This document shows positions 20,862 through 29,509 of a stretch of 64,000 bases of DNA, piece after piece. The translations under genes were made by a program, and so were the position numbers. Source of the stretch: a virus (Duplodnaviria > Caudoviricetes); the IMG/VR virus record IMGVR_UViG_3300021387_000161, positions 81,523 to 145,522 of that record; one strand, 5' to 3'. The notes under the pieces are model-generated. The model was given only the letters and a program-made list of their open reading frames with translations. It was not told where the DNA came from and did not search any database. Each line of letters starts with the position of its first letter. The first letter of the stretch is position 1.

Positions 20862-21398
20862 TTATGGTTGTGTTTGTTCTTCAGGAGCAGCATTTACTGT
20901 GATAGTGAAGCTGTCTTCAAAGTCATATGCTGAAACAACAACTTCAGTGATGTCAGTTGTTAATACTGTACCTGCTTCTGGAGAAGTTGTATACTCATTA
21001 TACGCAAGAAGATCAGTTACTTCTTTCGTACCATCAGTTCCAATAACAGTAACAACCATTCCTGTTAAATCTAATTCTTCACCTGCAGTATAGACTGTCT
21101 TTGTAGGAGGAGTGGTAACTTCGATTGCTGTCATTGTAATTTCTGGTTCAGATTCTTCTTCAATCTCTTTACCAATAATCTGTGTATCACCAATAAATAC
21201 ATTTACAGCTTTATTATCAGATACTCTATAAATTCCACCTTTACCATCATCTTTATAAGTATCTTTTTCTACTAATTCTAATTCGGTGCCTTCAGCATCT
21301 TTATAAGTTAATTGTACATCGGATTGTGTAGGTTGAGTACCAGTTGCATTACCAAAAAGATGTCTTACACCTTCAACTTTCTTTTCATATACTAGCAT
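20862..21398 (-). CDS. Bacterial Ig-like (Big_3) domain protein, possible head decoration
   Basis: TAIEVTTPPTKTVYTAGEELDLTGMVVTV..TDGT. Confidence 0.75.
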   Translation of the reverse strand: MLVYEKKVEGVRHLFGNATGTQPTQSDVQLTYKDAEGTELELVEKDTYKDDGKGGIYRVSDNKAVNVFIGDTQIIGKEIEEESEPEITMTAIEVTTPPTKTVYTAGEELDLTGMVVTVIGTDGTKEVTDLLAYNEYTTSPEAGTVLTTDITEVVVSAYDFEDSFTITVNAAPEEQTQP

Positions 21399-21426
21399 TA
21401 ATTATCTTAACCTTTCACTAGTTAAT

Positions 21427-22182
21427 CTATTCACCAAAATTATACATTAAATCTTCAGCTAATGCTTCTACTAATTTTTGTGCATACATATCGTAAGAAG
21501 TAGTGCCTCCATCTTCTTTACACCAATCTAAATTATATTCTGGTATTTCTGAAGCAACCACTTGTGCGATATTAGTAATAAACTCATTATCTAATTTATC
21601 TCTTAAAAAATTAACTACTTTGTTATAAATATCATCTTCAATATCTTCAGTTAATTCTTTAGATTCATTTTTGATACGCTCGTCATGATACTTTTTAGCA
21701 TCATCAAATACACCACCAGGTTTATAAACATAAATAGAAGTTTGAGGTTTATAGTAGGATCTATTTTTGCCAAACGAGTTCTTCCATTCATTACATGCCG
21801 CTCTTGCTTCTTCCTTTGAATCAAATAAGGTACCATTTAAATCATTACCACCGACGAATCCCCCTCGTGTAGTAACAATATATTTTTTCCCTGATTCATC
21901 CTCGTTTAAAACTTCATTTAAATCTTCTGAATGACCTTCATCCTCACCATTATCTATAGAATAGAAATATCCATCTTTTCTTGCCTGATTAATATCTTCT
22001 TTTGAACCCATGAATCTATACAAGCATTCATCGCCTTGTCTACCCATTTTTTGACATTCAAGATTATATTCAGCAGCAAACTCAAATGGATCTTCTTCAG
22101 TTTGACCCCACCATTCATCTACATATGATTCATTAAGTTTATATTTTCTTTCTAAACTTTCTACTAAGTTTCTCATTCTCAT
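21427..22182 (-). CDS. Putative three-module internal head polyprotein
   Basis: Leader MRMRNLVE|SLERKYKLNE|S; internal DLNE|VLNE|D and ELTE|D. Confidence 0.5.
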   Translation of the reverse strand: MRMRNLVESLERKYKLNESYVDEWWGQTEEDPFEFAAEYNLECQKMGRQGDECLYRFMGSKEDINQARKDGYFYSIDNGEDEGHSEDLNEVLNEDESGKKYIVTTRGGFVGGNDLNGTLFDSKEEARAACNEWKNSFGKNRSYYKPQTSIYVYKPGGVFDDAKKYHDERIKNESKELTEDIEDDIYNKVVNFLRDKLDNEFITNIAQVVASEIPEYNLDWCKEDGGTTSYDMYAQKLVEALAEDLMYNFGE

Positions 22183-22185
22183 TTT

Positions 22186-23289
22186 TTATATCCAATCTAT
22201 TGTTGAATTAAATATATTACTTGTTTCATTTTCTACTTTATCACGATAATTATCAAGACGGTTTAACTCATATTGGGCAATATATTGTAAATCACTAGTT
22301 TTTCTATCATCTGTTCTATTAGGATCATTAACAATCCTACCTACAGATCTTACTATATCTGTATATACACTCACATAATTACGTAACAGAGAAGCAATAT
22401 CATTAACTCTTCCGTAGTCATTATAAGAGCTTATATCGTGATCACCTGAATCATCACTAGGTAATATATTAATATTTGATGTGTAATTACCTAATTCTTG
22501 ATATGCATCTTTTATATAAATCTCATGTTCTTTTAAGAGTTGAGGAAGTTTATTAACTTTTAATTTATTTAATTCATCTGCATATCTTTCGATAGAAGGA
22601 ATTTGTTCATAGCCTGATTTATCAACGCCTGAACGCCAGTTTTTTCTTCTAAATAAATCTCTATTATCTCTATCAAAATATTTACCAGATCTATTAGAAC
22701 TTTTATCAACATTTGCTCTACTGCGTTGCTTGTCCATAGAAAAATTATTCGGATCATTTCCGTCAATATAGGCAAAAGATTTACATTGTGGTAATAATTT
22801 ATCTATGTCATAAGCACCAAATGTTTTTCTACCACCAAGTTTTTCATCATCATTAAAACCTGGAGCGTATACTTTCCCATTATCAAATAATAATATAGGA
22901 ATATTAGGAGATTGCATCCTAGGATCATTAGATGATTTTGGAACAGGTCCTTCTATAACTTTTACAGTATCTAAACTTATACCCCTATCTCTGAATTTAG
23001 AAAATAAAGATGGATCTGGATCATATGGATCTAAATTTCTGTATTCCGGCTTGTCACCAAACTCAGGATTTTTCTTGTCATAATCACCCCTTCTTAACTT
23101 CTGTCTAGGCTCATGTGCATTGCCACCAAGATCTCTTTGGACAAGATTACCCGTGTTAGAATATTTTGTGGTTAACAATCTTTTTTCTAGCCAATCTGGC
23201 ATATCATCACTTATCTTTTCTGTTAATGATCTACTTTCATGTAGTTTATATTTATTTTCAAGACTTTCAGTTAAATCTTTTATTCTCAT
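22186..23289 (-). CDS. Putative internal head protein
   Basis: Leader MRIKDLTE|SLENKYKLHE|SRSLTE|K, nearly the same as the neighbour's leader. Confidence 0.5.
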   Translation of the reverse strand: MRIKDLTESLENKYKLHESRSLTEKISDDMPDWLEKRLLTTKYSNTGNLVQRDLGGNAHEPRQKLRRGDYDKKNPEFGDKPEYRNLDPYDPDPSLFSKFRDRGISLDTVKVIEGPVPKSSNDPRMQSPNIPILLFDNGKVYAPGFNDDEKLGGRKTFGAYDIDKLLPQCKSFAYIDGNDPNNFSMDKQRSRANVDKSSNRSGKYFDRDNRDLFRRKNWRSGVDKSGYEQIPSIERYADELNKLKVNKLPQLLKEHEIYIKDAYQELGNYTSNINILPSDDSGDHDISSYNDYGRVNDIASLLRNYVSVYTDIVRSVGRIVNDPNRTDDRKTSDLQYIAQYELNRLDNYRDKVENETSNIFNSTIDWI

Positions 23290-23303
23290 TATTTATACCT
23301 TTA

Positions 23304-23837
23304 TTAAAGTTCTGCTTCTTCGGAGTCATTAGATGTAGGTTGTCTAAATAAATGTTCCTTATACCAAGGTATTTCATTCTTTTTACATTTTAATCTAGTA
23401 CCACCTGTTCTTTCTTCAGCATATATAATAACATCATCATTACTACCAAATATTTTTTCTCCAAGTATTCTTACAGAATTAGGTAAAAATACCTGTTTAA
23501 GTTGTGGACAATCACTAAAAGCGTTATCCCCTATAGTTGATACTGAATCTCCTATATTCACTGAAGTCAAGTTAGCACAATTATAAAAAGCTCTATTTCC
23601 TATTTTCGTTATATGATCAGGTATAGTTATTGTATCAAACTCAGCACCATTAAACATACCAGCAGGTATTGATTCAATATAGTTAAATACATCTATACCA
23701 TTCTCCATTAAGAATTGCATTATACGACCTAACATATTACTCTGAGTATTTTTACAAAACCCAACTATATCATTATTTTTTAAATATTGTTTACCGTCTG
23801 TTATTTTCTGCTTTTCATCGTCTGTTAATTTTATCAT
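23304..23837 (-). CDS. BspA-type leucine-rich repeat (LRR_5) protein
   Basis: ITIPDHITKIGNRAFYNCANLTSVNIGDSVSTIGDNAFSDC. Confidence 0.85.
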   Translation of the reverse strand: MIKLTDDEKQKITDGKQYLKNNDIVGFCKNTQSNMLGRIMQFLMENGIDVFNYIESIPAGMFNGAEFDTITIPDHITKIGNRAFYNCANLTSVNIGDSVSTIGDNAFSDCPQLKQVFLPNSVRILGEKIFGSNDDVIIYAEERTGGTRLKCKKNEIPWYKEHLFRQPTSNDSEEAEL

Positions 23838-23849
23838 TTATTACTACCT

Positions 23850-24800
23850 TTAAAAATCAAATATTCTTGATTGTTTCTTTCCCTTTAAATGTTTTATTAA
23901 GTCTAAAGATCTTAATCCGCCTTTAAATAATAACCATACGGCACCAGGAACTTTTATTTCTGGTGCTTCTGCTACATCACCGAAGTGATCGAAATCAGCA
24001 TCAGTCATTACTATAACATTATCAGGTTTCGTTGACATGATATGATATATAAGATCAGCTCCTGCACCAGTACCCCTCTCTTGTCTAGCTGGCTCTGGAG
24101 TATCGTGGATATGATTTGCAAAATAATACAAATCAATTTCTATCTCTCCACGATCAACATAGTTATTTAATATACCTATTGCTTCTTCGCCTAGTTTAAT
24201 ATCATTTGAACCCCAACTTGCTGATTGGTCAAAGTAAACATTTATTTTAGGAATCTTTGTATTATCATCAATCATACGTCCAGGTCTTATAATTCCTGAA
24301 CCTTCGTAAGACGGATCTTCTCTTTTATAAGTTCTATCTCTTATTTCTTTAACTTGATTAGCAATAAATCTATTTAATGACTGTCTAAACTTTTGCATAG
24401 AAGAAGAATACTTCTTCCGTTCTTTTTCACTTGCACTCTTTTTATCTCTATATTTTTTCTTTGTTTCTTTATCAAGATGATGTTTATCTTCAGATGATAT
24501 TTCATCTGCCATAGAATCATCACCAAGCATATTTTTTATATCATCTAATCTTTGTTGACGCTCTTCTTCTGTTTCTTCTTCATACTCATCATCTTCTTCT
24601 TTTTCTTTTTCTATTTGAGCATCACGTTCTTCTTGTTCTTTATTTTGAAACTCCTCATCACCTTTATCACCTATTTGAGGAGTTGTATTACCAATTTTAA
24701 CTAATTGTGTACCATCAAATATGTACATATCTCCAGTAGCATCATCTACATAAATATGTACATCTCTTTCATTGGTATTTTGTTTTACATTATCTGGCAC
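23850..24800 (-). CDS. VWA-like domain protein (DUF2201 C-terminal type)
   Basis: MIDAS-like VYFDQSASW, RGT, VIVMTDAD, AVW. Confidence 0.75.
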   Translation of the reverse strand: MPDNVKQNTNERDVHIYVDDATGDMYIFDGTQLVKIGNTTPQIGDKGDEEFQNKEQEERDAQIEKEKEEDDEYEEETEEERQQRLDDIKNMLGDDSMADEISSEDKHHLDKETKKKYRDKKSASEKERKKYSSSMQKFRQSLNRFIANQVKEIRDRTYKREDPSYEGSGIIRPGRMIDDNTKIPKINVYFDQSASWGSNDIKLGEEAIGILNNYVDRGEIEIDLYYFANHIHDTPEPARQERGTGAGADLIYHIMSTKPDNVIVMTDADFDHFGDVAEAPEIKVPGAVWLLFKGGLRSLDLIKHLKGKKQSRIFDF

Positions 24801-24802
24801 TT

Positions 24803-25450
24803 TTAAACTCCTCTTGTAGGTACAAACTGACTACCGTCCCACTCGAAAGTTTTTCCAGTAGATATGTCCCTAAATAATTGACCCTTATCTGGTACTTTAA
24901 ATTTTGGACGAGGTTTAGAATCATTTTTTTGATTGTTAGGCGGTTGTTGATTACTTTGATTATTAGATTGTTGCTGATTGCTTTGATCTGATGTTTGTTC
25001 TTGACCATTTTCATTAGAATTATCTGAATTTGCGTTGGAACTTTCTGATGAAGCATCTCCACTATCACCCTGGTTAGAACTACCATCTTCTTGATTATTT
25101 TGAGAATTACCTTGTTGAGATCCTTGTTGATTATTATCATTTGATGATTGTTGGCCACCACTTTGGTTATTAGATTGTTGATTACCCTGGTTGCCACCAC
25201 CTGATGATTGTTTCCCATTCCCACCAGCACTAGAAGATTGTGATTGATTAGATTGCTTGTTATCTTTATCCTCACCGCTACTAGAGCTACTTTGGTTATC
25301 TTTTGAATCTTCGCCATTAAGACTACCAAAGTTTGATTTCTTTAACTCATAAGGATTTCCATTCATATCTAGAAATGTTTGAAGATCTTGTATGGACCCA
25401 TGATGGATATGAGTTCCTTTTAACTTATTTCTAACTTCATCCATATCCAT
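24803..25450 (-). CDS. Q/N/S/G-rich low-complexity protein
   Basis: About 130 residues mostly Q, N, S, G, D; lies between the peptidase and VWA genes. Confidence 0.7.
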   Translation of the reverse strand: MDMDEVRNKLKGTHIHHGSIQDLQTFLDMNGNPYELKKSNFGSLNGEDSKDNQSSSSSGEDKDNKQSNQSQSSSAGGNGKQSSGGGNQGNQQSNNQSGGQQSSNDNNQQGSQQGNSQNNQEDGSSNQGDSGDASSESSNANSDNSNENGQEQTSDQSNQQQSNNQSNQQPPNNQKNDSKPRPKFKVPDKGQLFRDISTGKTFEWDGSQFVPTRGV

Positions 25451-26146
25451 TTAAAATCTCCTCTCAAGCTCATCCAAAATTTCTTGTGATGAATATATAG
25501 TTCCATCACTACTTATAAATACATCTACACCAAATGATTTAGCAACATCTGCAACGGTTTTATCGTGTTCTGAAAGCATATAACCAGAAATAACATTATC
25601 TTCTGGTTTTTGATTCTGCCTTTCTTGTCTCAACTTACCAAACATTTCTTCTACAGATAAATCTACCCAATCAGGATGATCATCTTCTGTTACTAATCCA
25701 GATAATGTTCTACCATTTAACATAATGTTTCTAATGGTTTTTTTATCCCTTTCAGTATAACCTCTATTAGAAATTTCATAATCTGCTGCAATATTAAAAT
25801 CTACATTTTTATGTAAATCTTTTTTAAGCTCGTTTATAGTTAAATCATCTAAATCATCTGGATCTAATCCTCTATCTCTTGCAAGTTTATCTAATAATCT
25901 TTTCTCATGTCTTAAATAGTCATGAAGTATCTCATGTCTTATTATAACAGATATTTGATTCTCATCTAACCCTCTATTAGCAACAATTACGCCTCTGTTA
26001 GGATCAAGATAAGCTACTACACTTGGATCACTTGTAAAGTTAAACTCAAATTTTGAAAATATCTTTGCGTATGTAGGGTACCCATCTGAAGCTAAAACTC
26101 TACCAAGGTAATTCTTTGCTATTTTTTCTTCTTTTGTCATAGACAT
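25451..26146 (-). CDS. Putative metallopeptidase (DUF2201 N-terminal type)
   Basis: IIRHEILH (HExxH) followed by FNIAADYEISN. Confidence 0.75.
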   Translation of the reverse strand: MSMTKEEKIAKNYLGRVLASDGYPTYAKIFSKFEFNFTSDPSVVAYLDPNRGVIVANRGLDENQISVIIRHEILHDYLRHEKRLLDKLARDRGLDPDDLDDLTINELKKDLHKNVDFNIAADYEISNRGYTERDKKTIRNIMLNGRTLSGLVTEDDHPDWVDLSVEEMFGKLRQERQNQKPEDNVISGYMLSEHDKTVADVAKSFGVDVFISSDGTIYSSQEILDELERRF

Positions 26147-26163
26147 TATATAACTACCTCATA

Positions 26164-27267
26164 TTACAAAAGATCTGAGATTTGATCGTATATACTCTTC
26201 TGAGCTCTCTGTGCAGCTTTTGCCGCCGCAAATGGATTTTCATCACCATACTTCAATGCATCGTTAGCTTTATCATCTACATCTACATAGTCAGATAATA
26301 TATCTTCCACTACATTTAATTTTTCTGGATTACAGAAACCACTCCAGTTATCAAGTAATGATTCCTTTGTACCATCAGTAGCAGTTAATAAACGTGAAAA
26401 AGATCTAGGATTAAGAACTGGAATACCTTCGTCTTGTGCAATTTCTTCCTCTTCATCACCATCAAATTCAAATCTTGGATCTGATAATAACTTTTTAGCT
26501 AATTCTAATCTTCCTCTTATTACAGGAATTCTTTCAGGTTTACCAAGCTCTTTTAATTTTTCAATTTGTTTACCAAACTTATACTCAAAGTGTTCAATAC
26601 TTTCCTGAGGATTAGATTCTACTTCTACTGTTTTAAATCTTGATCTCATCGGGTTATCTAAGCTGTTAACTTCATTACCTGATTTATTAGGATTTATAGC
26701 AGCGATAGTAAATAAAAATCCTTTTAATAATCTTTTACCGGAAGGTTGTGTCTGGTCATTTATAACATGGTCATTAATTAATGTTAATAAAGCACCAGCT
26801 ACATCTTTTCTAGCTCTGTTTAATTCATCTAAGAATAATACAGAATTAGGTTTATCTAATTCATCAAATTCTGTATTTGATAATTTAGTAACTGTGTTAG
26901 TAGCGTTACCTTCATCATCATATCTTCTTGCTACTACACCACCTAAATCTGAAGGATCCATAGTTTTAGCATCTTTTTCTACTAAGTTAATGCCTCTTTG
27001 TTGTGCCCATTTTTTAACGGTATAGGTTTTTCCTGTACCACCTCTTCCAACAAATAGTACATTAACGCCACCAATCTCACCAAAGTCATTGGCTTCTCTA
27101 GCAGCTTCTAATGCCTTATCTAATTCTCTACCCATCATTCCAAGAGGTTCTTCGCCGTCTATAACTTGGCCTGCTTTTATATCTTTAGCAGCAGATTTAA
27201 CTTGACCCCCATATTCTTTAGCTGCTTGTTCTATAGTAGCCTCATTTAAAGCTTTGTTAATCTTCAT
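26164..27267 (-). CDS. MoxR-like AAA+ ATPase
   Basis: GRGGTGKT Walker A, LFLDELNRA Walker B, AAINP, LDNPMRSRF, NPRS; begins MKINKALNE|A. Confidence 0.85.
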   Translation of the reverse strand: MKINKALNEATIEQAAKEYGGQVKSAAKDIKAGQVIDGEEPLGMMGRELDKALEAAREANDFGEIGGVNVLFVGRGGTGKTYTVKKWAQQRGINLVEKDAKTMDPSDLGGVVARRYDDEGNATNTVTKLSNTEFDELDKPNSVLFLDELNRARKDVAGALLTLINDHVINDQTQPSGKRLLKGFLFTIAAINPNKSGNEVNSLDNPMRSRFKTVEVESNPQESIEHFEYKFGKQIEKLKELGKPERIPVIRGRLELAKKLLSDPRFEFDGDEEEEIAQDEGIPVLNPRSFSRLLTATDGTKESLLDNWSGFCNPEKLNVVEDILSDYVDVDDKANDALKYGDENPFAAAKAAQRAQKSIYDQISDLL

Positions 27268-27275
27268 TAAAATCC

Positions 27276-27791
27276 TTATTCCGAATCTTTCTGTTTTAAT
27301 AATTCTGCTTTTATTTTACTAACTGGGGTATTCTTAAGAGAACTTACTCGTTTAAGTCTCCAATCTTCATGTTTGAGCATATCCTCTGTGATTATTTCAT
27401 CTTTATCAAATCCTGCCCAGTTCTTGTAATATTCTACTACTCTTTGTAAATGTTCATCTGGATCCCAGCCACGTCTCTTTGGTTCTGACATCTTTTTCTC
27501 ACACCCCTCTAAGGATTCATTTATATTATCTTCTTTTCCTAATACTATTGCTTTCGCTTTAGCAGGAGGTATATCTTGCTGTAATAACTCGTAAAATTCA
27601 TCCATAGCTTCTTCGTTTGTTTTTTCTACTGGTAATTCGTTTGAATCTATCATATCTTCAACTTCACCAGCAGATATTTTTGCATCGGCTATATCAGTGG
27701 ATAAATCTTCATTTAATATTTTATTACTATCTTGTAATTCAATATTGTATTTATTTTTAAGGCTTTTATAAATAGCACTTTCAAAACTCAT
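27276..27791 (-). CDS. Putative internal head protein, first gene of a late operon
   Basis: SLKNKYNIE leader resembles 21427/22186; ILNE|D and INE|S sites. Confidence 0.45.
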   Translation of the reverse strand: MSFESAIYKSLKNKYNIELQDSNKILNEDLSTDIADAKISAGEVEDMIDSNELPVEKTNEEAMDEFYELLQQDIPPAKAKAIVLGKEDNINESLEGCEKKMSEPKRRGWDPDEHLQRVVEYYKNWAGFDKDEIITEDMLKHEDWRLKRVSSLKNTPVSKIKAELLKQKDSE

Positions 27792-27838
27792 TAGTTATCC
27801 TTTTAAGATAATTTAAAATACTTCATAATATTATATAA

Positions 27839-27848
27839 TAATTTAGCA
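27839..27848 (-). promoter_or_regulatory. Putative phage late promoter TGCTAAATTA
   Basis: Exact copy, just downstream of a terminator and upstream of the MoxR-neck-sheath operon. Confidence 0.65.
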
Positions 27849-27870
27849 TTATTTGTTAATATTTTATACT

Positions 27871-27900
27871 AAAAAAGTGACTAAAACTTATAGTCACTTT
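27871..27900 (-). terminator. Intrinsic terminator ending the early island
   Basis: AAAGTGACTA / TAGTCACTTT hairpin with a U-run on the minus strand. Confidence 0.7.
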
Positions 27901-28052
27901 AATTCAACCCTAACCCCAACTTTTATATCTTTATTTGTACTATTATATTTTGCTACTTCTGCAAATCTTACAGCAGTATTTTCGTCTGTAAACTCAAATG
28001 TTTCGTTTTCTATATATACTATATATACAAATTCTTTTTTATTCTTTGTCAT
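27894..28052 (-). CDS. Small hypothetical protein (52 aa, not in ORF track)
   Basis: Hand translation MTKNKKEFVYIVYIENETFEFTDENTAVRFAEVAK...; fills the gap before the terminator. Confidence 0.5.
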   Translation of the reverse strand: MTKNKKEFVYIVYIENETFEFTDENTAVRFAEVAKYNSTNKDIKVGVRVELK

Positions 28053-28449
28053 CTTCAATATTTTCTTCTACTACTTCTAAATCTGGTACTTGTGGTTCAG
28101 ATTCAGATTCTGGAACTATGATATAATCAGTATAATTAAACCATTCATCGTATACGATATTTCCCAAGATTCTTACTGGGGCATCTGTATTTTGTACAGC
28201 TACTCTAACATATTGATCTGTTAATTCTTTGAACTCTTCTACGTGTAATGTTGACATCAAATCAATAAGAGATCTTGTCCCATCAAATTCAGTATCATTA
28301 AGATCGTAATCTCCATAATTACAACCCCAACCATCACCTGAAATAACTAATCTTAAAATGAGTTTATTTTCTTCATGTCTTAAAATAGCATTTTCAATTT
28401 TACCATTAAGAATAACATAATTTTCTTCATTCAATGTTTTTAAATTCAT
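28039..28449 (-). CDS. Hypothetical protein
   Basis: 136-aa ORF translationally coupled to its neighbours. Confidence 0.6.
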   Translation of the reverse strand: MNLKTLNEENYVILNGKIENAILRHEENKLILRLVISGDGWGCNYGDYDLNDTEFDGTRSLIDLMSTLHVEEFKELTDQYVRVAVQNTDAPVRILGNIVYDEWFNYTDYIIVPESESEPQVPDLEVVEENIEDDKE

Positions 28450-29023
28450 TAAGTTTATATTCCTCTCTATATTCTTTAAATCTTATCTTTATATCATTTA
28501 TAACAGATTCAATACTAATTGGTTTACATTCTTGTGCATCTAATGACACATTATACATAAATGGTGAATCATCATAAAATTTATTTTTATCATGAGTGTG
28601 TCCATGTAAATTTAAAACTCTTTGTTTCAATGCCTTATCGTCATAATTAGTTGTTATAGTAGGGTAATGTGAAAGAAAAAAATGATAACCATTATATTTT
28701 AGCATTTCAGCATACCCTATAACATTAAACCCACAATCATGATATATACTAATTCTATTATAAGAATCATGATTACCTAATATAATATTTATATTCCCTT
28801 GTAACTCTGATAACAAATATTTATTTTCTAATAGTTTATCTTGACTTGGTCCTCCTAAACATAAATCGCCAAGTATATAGACAATATCATCTTTAGATAT
28901 AAATTTATTATACGCTTCAATTATTGATTCATTCATTTCTATAACATTATGAAATCCTCTTGGTTTGTATAAAAACTCTTTATCATGATTAAAATGTAAA
29001 TCTGATGTAAACCAAATAGTCAT
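28427..29023 (-). CDS. Calcineurin-like metallophosphoesterase
   Basis: SDLHFNH, LGD, GNHD, SHYP, HGHTH. Confidence 0.9.
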   Translation of the reverse strand: MTIWFTSDLHFNHDKEFLYKPRGFHNVIEMNESIIEAYNKFISKDDIVYILGDLCLGGPSQDKLLENKYLLSELQGNINIILGNHDSYNRISIYHDCGFNVIGYAEMLKYNGYHFFLSHYPTITTNYDDKALKQRVLNLHGHTHDKNKFYDDSPFMYNVSLDAQECKPISIESVINDIKIRFKEYREEYKLNEFKNIE

Positions 29024-29025
29024 AA

Positions 29026-29508
29026 TTATCTCCTATAATCTATATGCAGTATATCCAAATATGGATTAATACCTAATCCTACTTCATCATTAGTTGGATC
29101 AGTAAATCTTTTGTAAGCATTTTTTATAACTTTCTCAGGAACTCTTCTTATGCCTTCTCTTAAAGAATTTCTCTGTAAGCAAACATTCAATGGAGTATTC
29201 ATAACTATAGGAACTATATCAACCCCCTCTAAGTTTAAAGAATTCATTAACTTTAATCTTGATACACCAGTAAGATGTGTTGCATCAGCATATACGTTTT
29301 TACCACTATCCAATTCCTTCTGTATAGTTTCTGTAAAAAGTTTAAATACTTCGTCCTCTTTATCAAAGTACTTATCATTATCTTCTAGTAATGAAAACCT
29401 TATATCATCTCTAGAAACGACAACAGAGTTTTTTAAATTATCTATATTTCTTAAAAAATAACTTTTACCAGAACCAGGACATCCTACCATGATAAAAAGA
29501 ACTGACAT
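29026..29508 (-). CDS. Polynucleotide kinase (P-loop, AAA_33 type)
   Basis: GCPGSGKS, SRDDIR, DATH, CLQRN..R...VP; start reassigned to ATG 29508 with AAGGAG SD. Confidence 0.8.
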   Translation of the reverse strand: MSVLFIMVGCPGSGKSYFLRNIDNLKNSVVVSRDDIRFSLLEDNDKYFDKEDEVFKLFTETIQKELDSGKNVYADATHLTGVSRLKLMNSLNLEGVDIVPIVMNTPLNVCLQRNSLREGIRRVPEKVIKNAYKRFTDPTNDEVGLGINPYLDILHIDYRR

Positions 29509-29509
29509 A

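Noticed and set aside
24790-25329. 179-aa overlapping minus-strand ORF
   Set aside because: Alternative-frame by-product of the low-complexity Q/N gene.
24803-26146. Stop read-through fusing the peptidase to the Q/N protein (same frame, TAA-ATG)
   Set aside because: A GGAG SD precedes the ATG and TAA is a strong stop; translational coupling is the simpler explanation.
28039-28449. MNLKTLNE start as a cargo leader
   Set aside because: The gene lies in the early island upstream of the terminator. It is probably a chance match, and a reminder that LxE alone is weak evidence.
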